Below are positions 39,242 to 48,736 of a stretch of 64,000 nucleotides of DNA, piece after piece. The stretch's first letter is position 1. Every line of letters begins with the position of its first letter. The stretch comes from Terriglobia bacterium (GTDB lineage: Bacteria; Acidobacteriota; Terriglobia; 2-12-FULL-54-10), in assembly GCA_963666975.2 (NCBI GenBank), contig CAXVYR010000002.1:64001-128000 (forward strand). The letters are read 5' to 3'. Under the pieces are notes generated by a model. The model had not been told where the DNA came from. It did not search any database and saw only the letters and a program-made list of their open reading frames with translations. The position numbers and the translations under genes are program-made.

Positions 39242-40225
39242 ATGCCTTTCGATTCATATCAACGCGATATCAACTATCTCCGCATCTCTTTAACAGACCA
39301 TTGTAATCTGCGGTGCGTGTATTGCATGCCGGTCAATGGCCTGCAATTCCTTCCCCGAGAACATCTGCTGACCCCGGAGGAAATAGCCAGCGTAGTGCGC
39401 GCGGCTGTCTCGGTCGGGTTCCGCAAATTCCGGCTCACCGGAGGCGAGCCGACGCTGCGTCCGGACTTGCTGGACATTGTGCGGTTGATCGCCCAAACGG
39501 ACGGGGCGGGAGAGTTGTCGATGACCACAAACGGCATACTGCTCCCCGGCCTAGCCAAGCCTCTGGCGGAAGCAGGCCTGCGGCGCGTCAACATCCATCT
39601 GGACACGCTCCGGCCCGAGCGGCTCGGCCAGATCATGCGCTGGGGCCGTCTGGAAGACATCTGGGGAGGCATCGAAGCCGCCGAGCAGGCCGGGCTGCGG
39701 CCGATCAAGCTGAATGCCGTGATTGCACGGGGGCATAACGACATGGATGTAGCCGAACTGGCCGCTTTGACGATTGACCGGGACTGGCACTTCCGGTTCG
39801 TCGAAATGATGCCTTTTGGCGACGGTGAATGCGACCGCGTCGCAACAGATCAGTACGTCTCGAATGAAGAGACGCGCGCCCGGATCGAACAAAAACTGGG
39901 AACCCTGACGCCTCTGGAGGGTGACTCCTCCGATGAGTCGAGCAACCATAAACTGCCCGGCGCCCGCGGCGTGGTTGGTTTTATCAGCCCCGTCTCGGCG
40001 CCCTACTGCGGGAGCTGCAACCGCATGCGGTTGACGGCCGAGGGCAAGCTCCATCTCTGCCTGCTGAACGACGACGAGATGGACATCAAAAAACAGCTTC
40101 GCCAGGGCGGTCCCGAAGCCGTCCGCGAGGTGCTCTGCAAGGCGGTCGAGCTCAAGCCGATGGGACACCGGCTTCCGGAAGGAATCTTCACCCAGAACCG
40201 CAGGATGTACCAGATTGGAGGCTGA
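39242..40225 (+). CDS. moaA: GTP 3',8-cyclase
   Basis: YLRISLTDHCNLRCVYCMP, TGGEP, CGSCNRMRLT..G.LHLCL and a C-terminal IGG. Confidence 0.97.
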   Translation: MPFDSYQRDINYLRISLTDHCNLRCVYCMPVNGLQFLPREHLLTPEEIASVVRAAVSVGFRKFRLTGGEPTLRPDLLDIVRLIAQTDGAGELSMTTNGILLPGLAKPLAEAGLRRVNIHLDTLRPERLGQIMRWGRLEDIWGGIEAAEQAGLRPIKLNAVIARGHNDMDVAELAALTIDRDWHFRFVEMMPFGDGECDRVATDQYVSNEETRARIEQKLGTLTPLEGDSSDESSNHKLPGARGVVGFISPVSAPYCGSCNRMRLTAEGKLHLCLLNDDEMDIKKQLRQGGPEAVREVLCKAVELKPMGHRLPEGIFTQNRRMYQIGG

Positions 40226-40393
40226 GATGAGCCTCCAGCAAACCCTCCATCAAACCTTTTATCAAACGACGAGGCGGCACCCTCCCTTGCCCTCCCCGCC
40301 ATTTCATCTCGCCCGCATGGAGTGCGCGTTGCAGTTTTTCCCCGGCTCTCTTTGGAGACAAAATCTGGGGAGACAAAAACTGGAGACGAAAAG

Positions 40394-41173
40394 ATGACGC
40401 CGGTCGCCCTGACCATCGCGGGGTCGGACCCATCCGGCGGGGCGGGCATTCAGGCGGACTTGAAGACGTTCCATCAGTACGGTGTATACGGAACCAGCGT
40501 TCTGACTCTGCTGACGGTCCAGAACACATGCCGCGTCAGTTCCGTCGAGCACCTGAGGCCGGACTTTGTTCTGGCGCAACTGGATGCGGTGCTGGAAGAC
40601 ATGACTCCCCAAGCAGCCAAGACTGGAGCCCTCGGCACGCTGGAGATTATTGAGGCAATCGCGGAAAGAGCCGCTCAATTCACCTTTCCCCTGGTGGTGG
40701 ACCCGGTCATGATCAGCAAGCACGGAGCGTCTTTGATCCACGAAGACGCGCGGACCACCCTGGCCCGGAAACTGCTCCCGCACGCAACGCTGGTCACCCC
40801 GAATGTCCACGAGGCGATGGCGCTTTCGGGTCTCGAGTTTCACGGCATGGCTTCGCTGCAAGAGGCGGCCAAAGCGATTGCCGGATTAGGTCCACGGGCA
40901 GTCCTGGTGAAAGGCGGCCATCTGGTGGAGGAAGCCGCCGATGTTCTCTACACGGAGAACCGTTTCCAAACCTTTTCCGCAAAGCGCATCGCGACCTCGC
41001 ATACGCACGGCACCGGCTGCACCTATTCGGCTGCGATCACCGCAGAGCTGGCCAAAGGAGCGGAGCTGATCCGCGCGGTGGAGGCTGCCAAGCGATACAT
41101 CACCCGGGCCATCGAAACTAATCCCGCTCTCGGGCACGGCTACGGGCCGGTAAACCATATGGCGCCGATCTGA
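40394..41173 (+). CDS. thiD: hydroxymethylpyrimidine/phosphomethylpyrimidine kinase
   Basis: LTIAGSDPSGGAGIQADLKT, VVDPVM, VKGGH, THGTGCT motifs. Confidence 0.96.
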   Translation: MTPVALTIAGSDPSGGAGIQADLKTFHQYGVYGTSVLTLLTVQNTCRVSSVEHLRPDFVLAQLDAVLEDMTPQAAKTGALGTLEIIEAIAERAAQFTFPLVVDPVMISKHGASLIHEDARTTLARKLLPHATLVTPNVHEAMALSGLEFHGMASLQEAAKAIAGLGPRAVLVKGGHLVEEAADVLYTENRFQTFSAKRIATSHTHGTGCTYSAAITAELAKGAELIRAVEAAKRYITRAIETNPALGHGYGPVNHMAPI

Positions 41174-41207
41174 CCCGATTTCTTTTTCTATGAGAAAATA
41201 GTGAAGT

Positions 41208-42617
41208 ATGAACGTCGTCCTCCTATCAACCTATGAACTGGGCCGTCAACCGTTCGGGCTGGCCTCGCCGGCGGCATGGCTTCGGGAGGCTGGCGTTACC
41301 GTCACCTGTTTGGATCTCTCCCGCTCCGCCTTCGAGGAAGAACTGATCCGCTCGGCGGACTTGGTGGGTTTCTACGTTCCCATGCACACGGCCACCCGCA
41401 TCGCTACGCTTCTGGCCGGACGAGTAAGCAAGTTGAACCCTCGGGCGCATATGTGTTTCTTCGGTCTTTATGCTCCCGTCAACGAGAGCTTCCTGCGAAA
41501 GCTGGGGGCCGAGACGATCCTCGGCGGCGAGTTTGAAGCAGGACTGCTGTCGCTCGTCGAAAGGTTGCAGACAACGAATCACCGGCCTGCCGGGCTCCCG
41601 CAGCACGAGCCGGTGATTTCAACCGCCCGGCAAAGGTTCCGCGTCCCGGACCGCAGGGGGCTCCCCGCTCTGCGAAACTATGCAAAGCTCGATTGGGGCA
41701 ACGGCGAACAGCGCTTGGTTGGGTACACGGAAGCGAGCCGAGGCTGCAAGCACCTTTGCCGCCACTGCCCGGTTGTGCCGGTCTATCAGGGCCGTTTCCG
41801 GGTTGTCCAGCGAGAAGTGGTGCTGGAGGACATCCGGCGGCAGGTTGCGGCGGGAGCCTCGCACATCACCTTCGGCGACCCGGACTTCTTCAACGGCGTC
41901 GGACATTCCATTGCGCTCGTGGAGGAATTCCACCGCGAGCATCCACGCCTCACCTATGACGCCACGATCAAGATCGAGCATCTGCTCCAGCATGCGCGGC
42001 ATCTGAGAACGCTCCGCGACACCGGCTGCCTGTTTGTAACGAGCGCAGTCGAAGCTGTCGATGACCGAGTGCTGCACCTTCTGGACAAAGGCCACACGCG
42101 GGCAGATTTTGTGCAAGTGGTAAAGCTGGTTCGCAATGCGGGACTGCATCTGTCACCCACCTTTGTAACCTTTACCCCGTGGACATCGCTGGAAGGTTAT
42201 CTGGATATGCTTTCGCTTATGGCCGAACTGGACATGGCGGAGAGTATCTCCCCCATCCAGTTGGCCATTCGGTTGCTGATCCCCGCCGGCTCGAAGCTCC
42301 TGGAACTGGCTGAGGTTCGCGAACAGGTTGGAGAATTCGACGAGGGGAAACTCAGTTATCCGTGGATGCATTGCGATGCGCGAGTGGAACAGTTGTTTCA
42401 GGACGTCCGCGAGACCGTGGGACGGACGGAAGCTCTCGGCCAAACCCGCAGCGAAATCTTTCCCCAAGTTTGGGAGTTGGCCGAGCGCGCGGCTGGAAAG
42501 AAGGGCGGAGCCACTTTTAAGATGTCCCCGCTCCCCGCACGGGCGACGCTTCCCTACATCAACGAGCCGTGGTTCTGCTGAGCGGAGCCTACCGCAGAGC
42601 AGTTTGCTCTGGTTTAG
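41208..42617 (+). CDS. B12-binding-like radical SAM selenoprotein with CUAEP tail (UGA at 42579-42581 read as Sec; 469 aa)
   Basis: YELGRQPFG N-terminus and SRGCKHLCRHCP (CxxxCxxC). The C-terminus reads NEPWFC-UGA-AEPTAEQFALV-UAG, with a SECIS-like hairpin directly downstream of the UGA. Confidence 0.9.
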
Positions 42618-42619
42618 GC
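42587..42619 (+). promoter_or_regulatory. bacterial SECIS-like stem-loop
   Basis: GCCTA..CAGAGCA-GTT-TGCTCTG..TAGGC: a 7-bp upper stem with a G-first apical loop about 20 nt after the UGA. Confidence 0.75.
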
Positions 42620-42660
42620 AATGGCCGGAAATCAGAAGACGGGAGGCCGACCGAACTACA

Positions 42661-42690
42661 ATCAGAGCCGCGACCGCGAGGGAGCGGTTC
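42661..42690. repeat. REP-like element (ATCAGAGCCGCGAC..GGAGCGGTT family)
   Basis: Second copy at 54871-54900. Confidence 0.75.
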
Positions 42691-42717
42691 TTCTGCCTTC
42701 AGCCCTTCTCCGCTTGC

Positions 42718-44067
42718 ATGATGAATCGATCCCAGCAAAATTCGTTAGTCAAACTCGCTCAGAAAACAGTGCAGAAAAACCGTCTTTTACTGCTGTTCAC
42801 CACCACGGGCTATCAGGCCGCCGCTTTCAAGGAGGCTGCCGATAAGCTCGGCATCGCCGCCGTGGCGGGCAGCGACCGCTGCCACGTATTGGAAGACCCC
42901 TGGCGGGATGGCGCTATCCCTCTGCGATTTGAAGAGCCCGCCGCCTCGGCAAAAATGGTCGTCGAGTACGCCGCCAAGCATCTGCTCGACGCCGTCATTC
43001 CAATCGGCGACAAACCCACCCTTACCGCTGCAATGGCCTGCCAAGCGCTCGGGCTGTTGCACAACTCTCCCGCTGCCGTTCGGGCCTGCCGTGACAAGTA
43101 TCAGTTCCGCCAGCTTCTCCAGGCCGCAGGGGTGGATGGCCCCGCCTTCTGCAGGCTTCCCGCGCACAGCGATTCTCCTCCTATTCCACCACCCGGTGTT
43201 GGATTTCCCTGCGTCCTGAAACCGTTGTCGCTCTCGGCCAGCCGGGGAGTCATCCGGGCGGACAACACAGAGCAATTCACCGGCGCATTCAACAGAATCC
43301 AGGCGCTGCTCAAAACGCCGGACATCCGAAGAACCAAAGATGAGGCAATCGAGTGGATACTAGCCGAAAACTACCTGGAAGGGCCGGAAGTGGCTTTGGA
43401 GGGAATTCTCGACCGGGGCGCTTTGCAGGTCCTGGCTCTGTTTGACAAGCCGGACCCGCTGGAAGGTCCCTACTTTGAGGAGACGATCTACACGACTCCT
43501 TCCCGTTTACCCGAAGCCGTCCAGAACCAAATAGTAAAGTGCGCGGAGCAAGCCATCGCGGCGGTGGGACTGTCCCACGGGCCGATCCATGCCGAGCTGC
43601 GGCTGACGCCACAAGGCCCCAGGGTTCTGGAAGTGGCGGCCCGCTCGATTGGCGGTCTCTGCTCGCGGTCGCTGCGGTTTGATGCGGGCATGTCGCTCGA
43701 AGAGCTGATTATCCGCCATGCCCTGAACTGGCCCATCGGCTCGGTGCGCCGCGAGGATGCCGCCTCCGGGGTGATGATGATTCCGGTTCCCGCAGCAGGA
43801 GTGCTGCTTGAGGTAAGGGGTCAAGAGAAGGCGTTCGAAACTCCAGGCATCGAGGAGATCCGCATTACGGCCAAAATACAGCAGACTCTGGTTCCCTGGC
43901 CGGAGGGCTCCAGCTATCTGGGATTTATTTTCGCGCGCGCGGCGTCATCTTCGTCTGCCACGGCATCTTCCCCAGCGTCTGCCCCAGCGGAGGTTGAGGC
44001 CGCCTTGAGAACCGCCCACAGCAAGTTGCAATTTGTGATTTCCCCTGCCCTGCCCGTGGTGCGCTAG
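42718..44067 (+). CDS. ATP-grasp ligase (L-amino acid ligase-like)
   Basis: CRDKY, GFPCVLKPLSLSASRGVIRAD, ENYLEGPEVALEG, GPIHAELR..LEVAARSIGG motifs. Confidence 0.9.
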   Translation: MMNRSQQNSLVKLAQKTVQKNRLLLLFTTTGYQAAAFKEAADKLGIAAVAGSDRCHVLEDPWRDGAIPLRFEEPAASAKMVVEYAAKHLLDAVIPIGDKPTLTAAMACQALGLLHNSPAAVRACRDKYQFRQLLQAAGVDGPAFCRLPAHSDSPPIPPPGVGFPCVLKPLSLSASRGVIRADNTEQFTGAFNRIQALLKTPDIRRTKDEAIEWILAENYLEGPEVALEGILDRGALQVLALFDKPDPLEGPYFEETIYTTPSRLPEAVQNQIVKCAEQAIAAVGLSHGPIHAELRLTPQGPRVLEVAARSIGGLCSRSLRFDAGMSLEELIIRHALNWPIGSVRREDAASGVMMIPVPAAGVLLEVRGQEKAFETPGIEEIRITAKIQQTLVPWPEGSSYLGFIFARAASSSSATASSPASAPAEVEAALRTAHSKLQFVISPALPVVR

Positions 44068-44095
44068 GCGCGGCAGGACATTTCCCGGACGGGAT

Positions 44096-44377
44096 TTACT
44101 GCTTGGTCTGCTCAGGGACATAACCCGGAGGAAGCGCAGCGCCTTCGCCGAAAAAGTAATCCTCCATCTGCTGACGAACGACCTTTTGCGCCTCGCGCTC
44201 CACCAGGTTGAGCCGGTATTCGTTGACGATCATCTTCAGGTGCTCCAGCCACAATTTCCAGGCGTCTGCCGAGACATTCTCGTAGATGCGCTTGCCGAGT
44301 TCGTTGTTGAAGGGAGGCTCCTCCATCCCTGGCATCTCGCGTTGAAACTTGACGCATTTCACCATTTTTGGTGCCAT
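44096..44377 (-). CDS. yggX: Fe(II)-trafficking / oxidative damage protection protein (YggX family)
   Basis: MVKCVK...ELGKRIYENVS.DAW..W...MIVNEYRLN motif. Confidence 0.92.
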   Translation of the reverse strand: MAPKMVKCVKFQREMPGMEEPPFNNELGKRIYENVSADAWKLWLEHLKMIVNEYRLNLVEREAQKVVRQQMEDYFFGEGAALPPGYVPEQTKQ

Positions 44378-44555
44378 TTTTCCTCCCCTTGTGGCGGCTC
44401 TTGCTGCCACCGAAAGCGATCGAATGAACAGGATACACTGATCCCGCGAGCAATCAGGCTACGAGCATTCTCCGCGCCTTGTCAACGTTTAAGTATTTTT
44501 CGGTAATGGGAAGGAAGTTGAAAACCTCCTCCCCACTGCGATAACATATCTATAC

Positions 44556-45371
44556 ATGGATGTATATGAGGAAATCACGCGACTGCGGAATTCTGGGATC
44601 AAGGCGGCCCTGGCTACCATAGTCAACGTTCGCGGCTCGATTCCCAGTTTTGAGTCCGCAAAGCTTTTGGTCCGCGAGGACGGCTCGATCGTAGGCACGG
44701 TGGGGGGAGGCTGCGTGGAGGCTGAGGTGTGGGCTGCCGCCCGCCAGGTGATCCAGGAAGAGAAGCCCCGCAAGCTGACTTTTGATCTGAACAACGATCC
44801 CTCCTACGATACCGGGCTGCTCTGTGGCGGAACCGTGGAGGTCTTTGTGGAGCCTATTCTTCCCACCCCGTTCCTGTACATTTTCGGAGCGGGCCACGTC
44901 TCTCTCAGCCTGTCCAAAGTGGCAACCGTCGCCGGGTTCAGCACGATCATCATTGACGACCGCGACACCTATGCCAACCGGGAGCGCTTCCCCGAGGCGG
45001 CGGAGATTTACGCCGATGATTACGAGAAAGTTTTCGACCGGCTGCTTCCCAATAGCTCCTCATTTTTGATTGCCGTCACACGCGGGCATCGCGACGACAT
45101 GCGCGTGCTGCGCTGGGCGGTGGGGACGGCGACCCGTTACGTGGGCATGATCGGCAGTAAGCGCAAGGTCCTGGAGATCGTCAAACACTTGGAGCAGGAA
45201 GGGATCGCCCGGCCGCAGTTTGAGCGGGTGCACGCCCCGGTTGGCCTGGATATCGGCGCCGTCACTCCGGAAGAAATTGCCGTCAGCGTTGTGGCAGAGA
45301 TGATTGCCGTGCGCCGCAGCGCCCTCCAGGACGCCAAACCCCACCCCAAGTCGATCCTGGCAATTTCCTGA
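44556..45371 (+). CDS. xdhC: XdhC/CoxI family molybdenum cofactor chaperone
   Basis: GTVGGGCVE, CGG, IFGAGHV, TRGH..D, GMIGSKRK, APVGLDIGAVTPEEIA motifs. Confidence 0.93.
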   Translation: MDVYEEITRLRNSGIKAALATIVNVRGSIPSFESAKLLVREDGSIVGTVGGGCVEAEVWAAARQVIQEEKPRKLTFDLNNDPSYDTGLLCGGTVEVFVEPILPTPFLYIFGAGHVSLSLSKVATVAGFSTIIIDDRDTYANRERFPEAAEIYADDYEKVFDRLLPNSSSFLIAVTRGHRDDMRVLRWAVGTATRYVGMIGSKRKVLEIVKHLEQEGIARPQFERVHAPVGLDIGAVTPEEIAVSVVAEMIAVRRSALQDAKPHPKSILAIS

Positions 45372-45375
45372 CGCG

Positions 45376-46020
45376 ATGGAACCCGTGCCTCTTCCCGACC
45401 CTCCCTCCAAAGCTGTGGCGGGAATCATCCTGGCCGCCGGTGAGTCGCGGCGCATGGGGCGCGACAAAGCGCTCCTTCCTTTGGGGCAATGGAGCTTTCT
45501 GGAGCATTTGGCCGGGGCTCTGCAAGGAGAGGTTTCTCCGCTCCTGGTGGTTCTCGGATACCACGCGCAGGAGATCGAACGCCAAATTCCTCCCGCCGAT
45601 GCCCTCGTTGTCCTGCGAAATCCGAACTATTCGCTGGGACAACTGAGTTCCTTGCAGGTGGCGTTGCGGCATATCGAAAATCAACCGGTGGCGGGGGCTC
45701 TGGTATGTCTGGTGGACCATCCGGCAATCACCAAAAAGGTGGTCCGGTTGCTGCTGGAACGATTTGCGAAAACACAGGCGCCGATCCTGATCCCAACCTG
45801 CCGGGGGCGACGAGGACATCCGGTGCTGTTTGCCCGCCGCTTGTTCCAGGAATTGCTGGACGCGCCGCTGGAGGAGGGAGCGCGGTCGGTGGTCCGGAAA
45901 CATGCTGCGGAAGTGGAGTTGGCGGAAACCGGCGAGGAAGGAATTCTGCTGGATATTGACAAGCCGGAGGACTATCAGGCGTTGCTGGCGAGGCGGGATA
46001 TGCCGGCTGAATCTGTCTGA
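45376..46020 (+). CDS. mocA: molybdenum cofactor cytidylyltransferase (MocA-like)
   Basis: ILAAGESRRMGRDKALL, GQLSSL, LVDHP, RRGHPVLF, DID motifs; next to xdhC. Confidence 0.85.
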   Translation: MEPVPLPDPPSKAVAGIILAAGESRRMGRDKALLPLGQWSFLEHLAGALQGEVSPLLVVLGYHAQEIERQIPPADALVVLRNPNYSLGQLSSLQVALRHIENQPVAGALVCLVDHPAITKKVVRLLLERFAKTQAPILIPTCRGRRGHPVLFARRLFQELLDAPLEEGARSVVRKHAAEVELAETGEEGILLDIDKPEDYQALLARRDMPAESV

Positions 46021-46031
46021 TAGGATCCGGA

Positions 46032-46388
46032 TCACTGGAGATGGCGAAACGCCTCCCGCAAAGCGTCTTCAGCCAGCACGCCGGCATGACCGCTTGCAGG
46101 CGGCAGGCCGCCGAGTCCTGCACTGAGGTCGGCGGCAGAAAGCTTTTTTGCTTCCTCCAGCGACTTCCCTTTGATGAGTTCGGTGAGCAGCGACCCGCAG
46201 GCGATGGACGCCACGCAGCCACGGGTTTTGAAGCGGACGTCCCGGAGTTGCCCCTGCTCGGCCAGCAGGGACAGTTGCATGATGTCTCCGCAGGCCGGGT
46301 TGCTGACCTCCACCGTCACGGCGGGGGGTGGAAGCTCTCCTACGTTTCGAGGATTCTGGAAGTGGTCGAGCAGCAAAGAGCTGTACAC
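46032..46388 (-). CDS. IscU/NifU N-terminal-like scaffold protein
   Basis: DHFQNPRNVG, NPACGD, FKTRGC; the third conserved Cys is replaced (GHAG). GTG start with GGAG RBS. Confidence 0.88.
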   Translation of the reverse strand: MYSSLLLDHFQNPRNVGELPPPAVTVEVSNPACGDIMQLSLLAEQGQLRDVRFKTRGCVASIACGSLLTELIKGKSLEEAKKLSAADLSAGLGGLPPASGHAGVLAEDALREAFRHLQ

Positions 46389-46622
46389 AAAGTCTCCAGT
46401 AATCTCAGACCAGTAATCTGAGAAAAGACCAGTAATCTCAGAAAAGAGTGGATTCGTCCAGCCCGCCGTGTTCGGTTTTAGCTTGCTGGGGCCGGGCATA
46501 CTAGCGTAGCGGAGAACAGGCATCGGCTCAAGGCCTAGTGCAAGGCCAGTACAAGCCCAAGATCAAAAGCAGGATCAAAAGCAAGATCACAAAGCAAGAT
46601 CACAAAGATAGTTCGGACCGTT

Positions 46623-47054
46623 ATGGACATAAAGAAAACCGTGGTAGCGGGACTGTTGTTTCAGAAAGATCAAATCCTGATTTGCCAAAGACCGGCACTG
46701 GATGATTTCCCCGGCCAGTGGGAGTTTCCGGGAGGCAAGACTAAGGCCGGAGAAGAGCTGCAGTCAGCCCTGCGGCGGGAATTGCAGGAAGAGCTGGGCA
46801 TCGTCGCCGAAATCGGAGAGGAGATATGGCGAACGGAGCACCAATATTCGGGCCATGCCCCTGTACTTTTATACTTTTTTGCGGTCTCCCAATACCAAGG
46901 GACCGCAGAGAATCGTGTCTTCCAGCAAATCTGCTGGGCCGGCCGGCAGCAGTTGCTGGAGTATGATTTTCTGGAGGCCGACAGGCCTCTGGTCCAAAAA
47001 ATAGCGGCTGGGGAAATACAGATACCGCCTGCGAAAATCCTTGCCGGCCTGTAA
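46623..47054 (+). CDS. MutT-like (deoxy)nucleoside triphosphate pyrophosphohydrolase
   Basis: WEFPGGK..AGE....ALRRELQEELG and FLEAD motifs. Confidence 0.9.
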   Translation: MDIKKTVVAGLLFQKDQILICQRPALDDFPGQWEFPGGKTKAGEELQSALRRELQEELGIVAEIGEEIWRTEHQYSGHAPVLLYFFAVSQYQGTAENRVFQQICWAGRQQLLEYDFLEADRPLVQKIAAGEIQIPPAKILAGL

Positions 47055-47119
47055 TTTTATGGAGAGTATTTCGGTCCGCGAGAAAGCAAAACTGTTAACT
47101 GTGCGAGAGGAGAGAACCG

Positions 47120-47440
47120 ATGATTGTAGTGTGCAACCGAATTCCCGTGGCCAAGGGCCAAGAGGCAGAGTTTGAGAAGCTGTTCCTGGAGCGGGACGAC
47201 TCGAAACGCCAGCATCCCGTGGGCAAATCCCCCGGGTTCATCCGCAACGATGTTCTGCGCCCGATCCAGGGCGAGACTTACGTTGTGCTGGCTTACTGGG
47301 AGTCGCGCGAGCACTTCGACGCCTGGACCAACAGCGAATCTTTCAAAGAAGCGCACGGAGGGCGCTCCCGCCCGGAAATCTTCGCCGGAAAACCGAACCT
47401 GGAAATCCACGAAGTGATTAAAACCGTTACGGCATCGTAA
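47120..47440 (+). CDS. ABM-domain monooxygenase (IsdG/HmoA-like heme-degrading family)
   Basis: VCNRI, PGFI, WESREHFDAWTNSESFKEAH motifs. Confidence 0.85.
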   Translation: MIVVCNRIPVAKGQEAEFEKLFLERDDSKRQHPVGKSPGFIRNDVLRPIQGETYVVLAYWESREHFDAWTNSESFKEAHGGRSRPEIFAGKPNLEIHEVIKTVTAS

Positions 47441-47533
47441 AGTGGCGGTGGAAATGAACGCGCGGTAAGGTTCTAGAGTTTGAAACCTGTCACTTAGCCC
47501 ATTATTTGGATCGCGCAGACGGGGTTGGGGAAA

Positions 47534-48736
47534 TCACTGCGGGCCGGGCGTTTGGGAATTGAATCTGCCGGCTTCCTGGGCCTTCAATTCCTCGATCTGC
47601 GCCAGGGTGTCCTTCATCTCTTCAGCGAATTGTCCCTCGGGCGACTCTTCCAGGTAGGTTCGTATTTCAACGGCCGCCTGCGGATAGTCTTCTCTTTGCA
47701 GATAGATTTCAGCCAGCAGGGCATGAACCTGCGGGATGTTTGCGTGCGGGCCTTGCTCCGCATCTCGCGCGCCTTTCTCGGCGGCATCAATATTGTTCAG
47801 ATTAAAATTTCCCATCGCCTGAATGAAGCTGGCATGACCGATGCTCGGGTCCATTTCGAGCGCTTTTCCGGCCATCTCCACAGCGTTCTGGTACTGCCCG
47901 GTTTGGAATTGCAAGGCAGCCAGATTTATATACGGCGGGATGTATTGCGAGTCCACCGCAATGGCTTTTTCAAAGGCTGCGGCGGCTTTTTCCTCTTCCT
48001 GGTTGGCGCGATGAATCCAGCCCAGCATGTTCCAGGCAGCGGCATATTCATCGTATTTAGCGATAGCTTTTTCCAAGTGCTCCTTGGCATTCTTCGTGCG
48101 GTTCTTCTCGATATCTTTCAGCGCCTTCTCATATTCCTTCCGTGCGTCCTTGGGAACCAGCAGAGAGGTGACGCTGATGGAGGAACCCGTTACTCCGGCG
48201 ATGCGGGACAGCCGCAGCGAGCCGACATCGACTCTTCCCATATCCGAGTGCTGGCTGAGCGTATAGTTCAACGGATGATATCCCGGCACAGACACCCGTA
48301 TTTCGCATCCCGCTAAGGAATTGCCGAACCGCCTCGGCAAAGCGCTCTGGCTGCCGCCAAAACCAGTGGGGCTTTGATTGCTGGCGCTAAAATCCATGTT
48401 GCTTTGAAGGCCGGTGCCTATGGAAAAAGTGAAGTATCCGCCGAGATCCGTGTGGATCACCTGCACCGGCTTCATCCCGCAATTCAACTCCACCGATACG
48501 GTTTCCGAGACGGGCTGGCCCGTGTTCATCACAACGCGCCCGTTCACGTAGGTAGGCCGGCGCGATTGTTCCGTAGACCGTCGCGTGGTCGGCGAGGGCG
48601 TGGGTCGGCTCGGGGAGGAACTGCTTCCCCCTCCCGAGGAGGAGCCGGAAGACCCTCGTCCCTGCCCATACAACGGCAGAACCACCAGCAGCGTCAACAC
48701 CCATAGCCCACAAAATTTCTCCAGGATCAGTTTCAT
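47534..48736 (-). CDS. exported carboxypeptidase-regulatory-like domain + TPR protein
   Basis: Signal peptide, Ser/Gly/Pro linker, ISVTSL.VPKDARKEYEKA and multiple TPR helices. Confidence 0.85.
   Translation of the reverse strand: MKLILEKFCGLWVLTLLVVLPLYGQGRGSSGSSSGGGSSSSPSRPTPSPTTRRSTEQSRRPTYVNGRVVMNTGQPVSETVSVELNCGMKPVQVIHTDLGGYFTFSIGTGLQSNMDFSASNQSPTGFGGSQSALPRRFGNSLAGCEIRVSVPGYHPLNYTLSQHSDMGRVDVGSLRLSRIAGVTGSSISVTSLLVPKDARKEYEKALKDIEKNRTKNAKEHLEKAIAKYDEYAAAWNMLGWIHRANQEEEKAAAAFEKAIAVDSQYIPPYINLAALQFQTGQYQNAVEMAGKALEMDPSIGHASFIQAMGNFNLNNIDAAEKGARDAEQGPHANIPQVHALLAEIYLQREDYPQAAVEIRTYLEESPEGQFAEEMKDTLAQIEELKAQEAGRFNSQTPGPQ

Noticed and set aside
42328-42717. N-terminal extension of the ATP-grasp ORF overlapping the radical SAM gene
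   Set aside because: It overlaps the selenoprotein tail and a REP; ATP-grasp-like sequence starts only after about 42718.
46396-46610. CRISPR-like repeats (also 11292-11351 and 63399-63450)
   Set aside because: Units are 12-19 bp and directly tandem, with no unique spacers and no cas genes.
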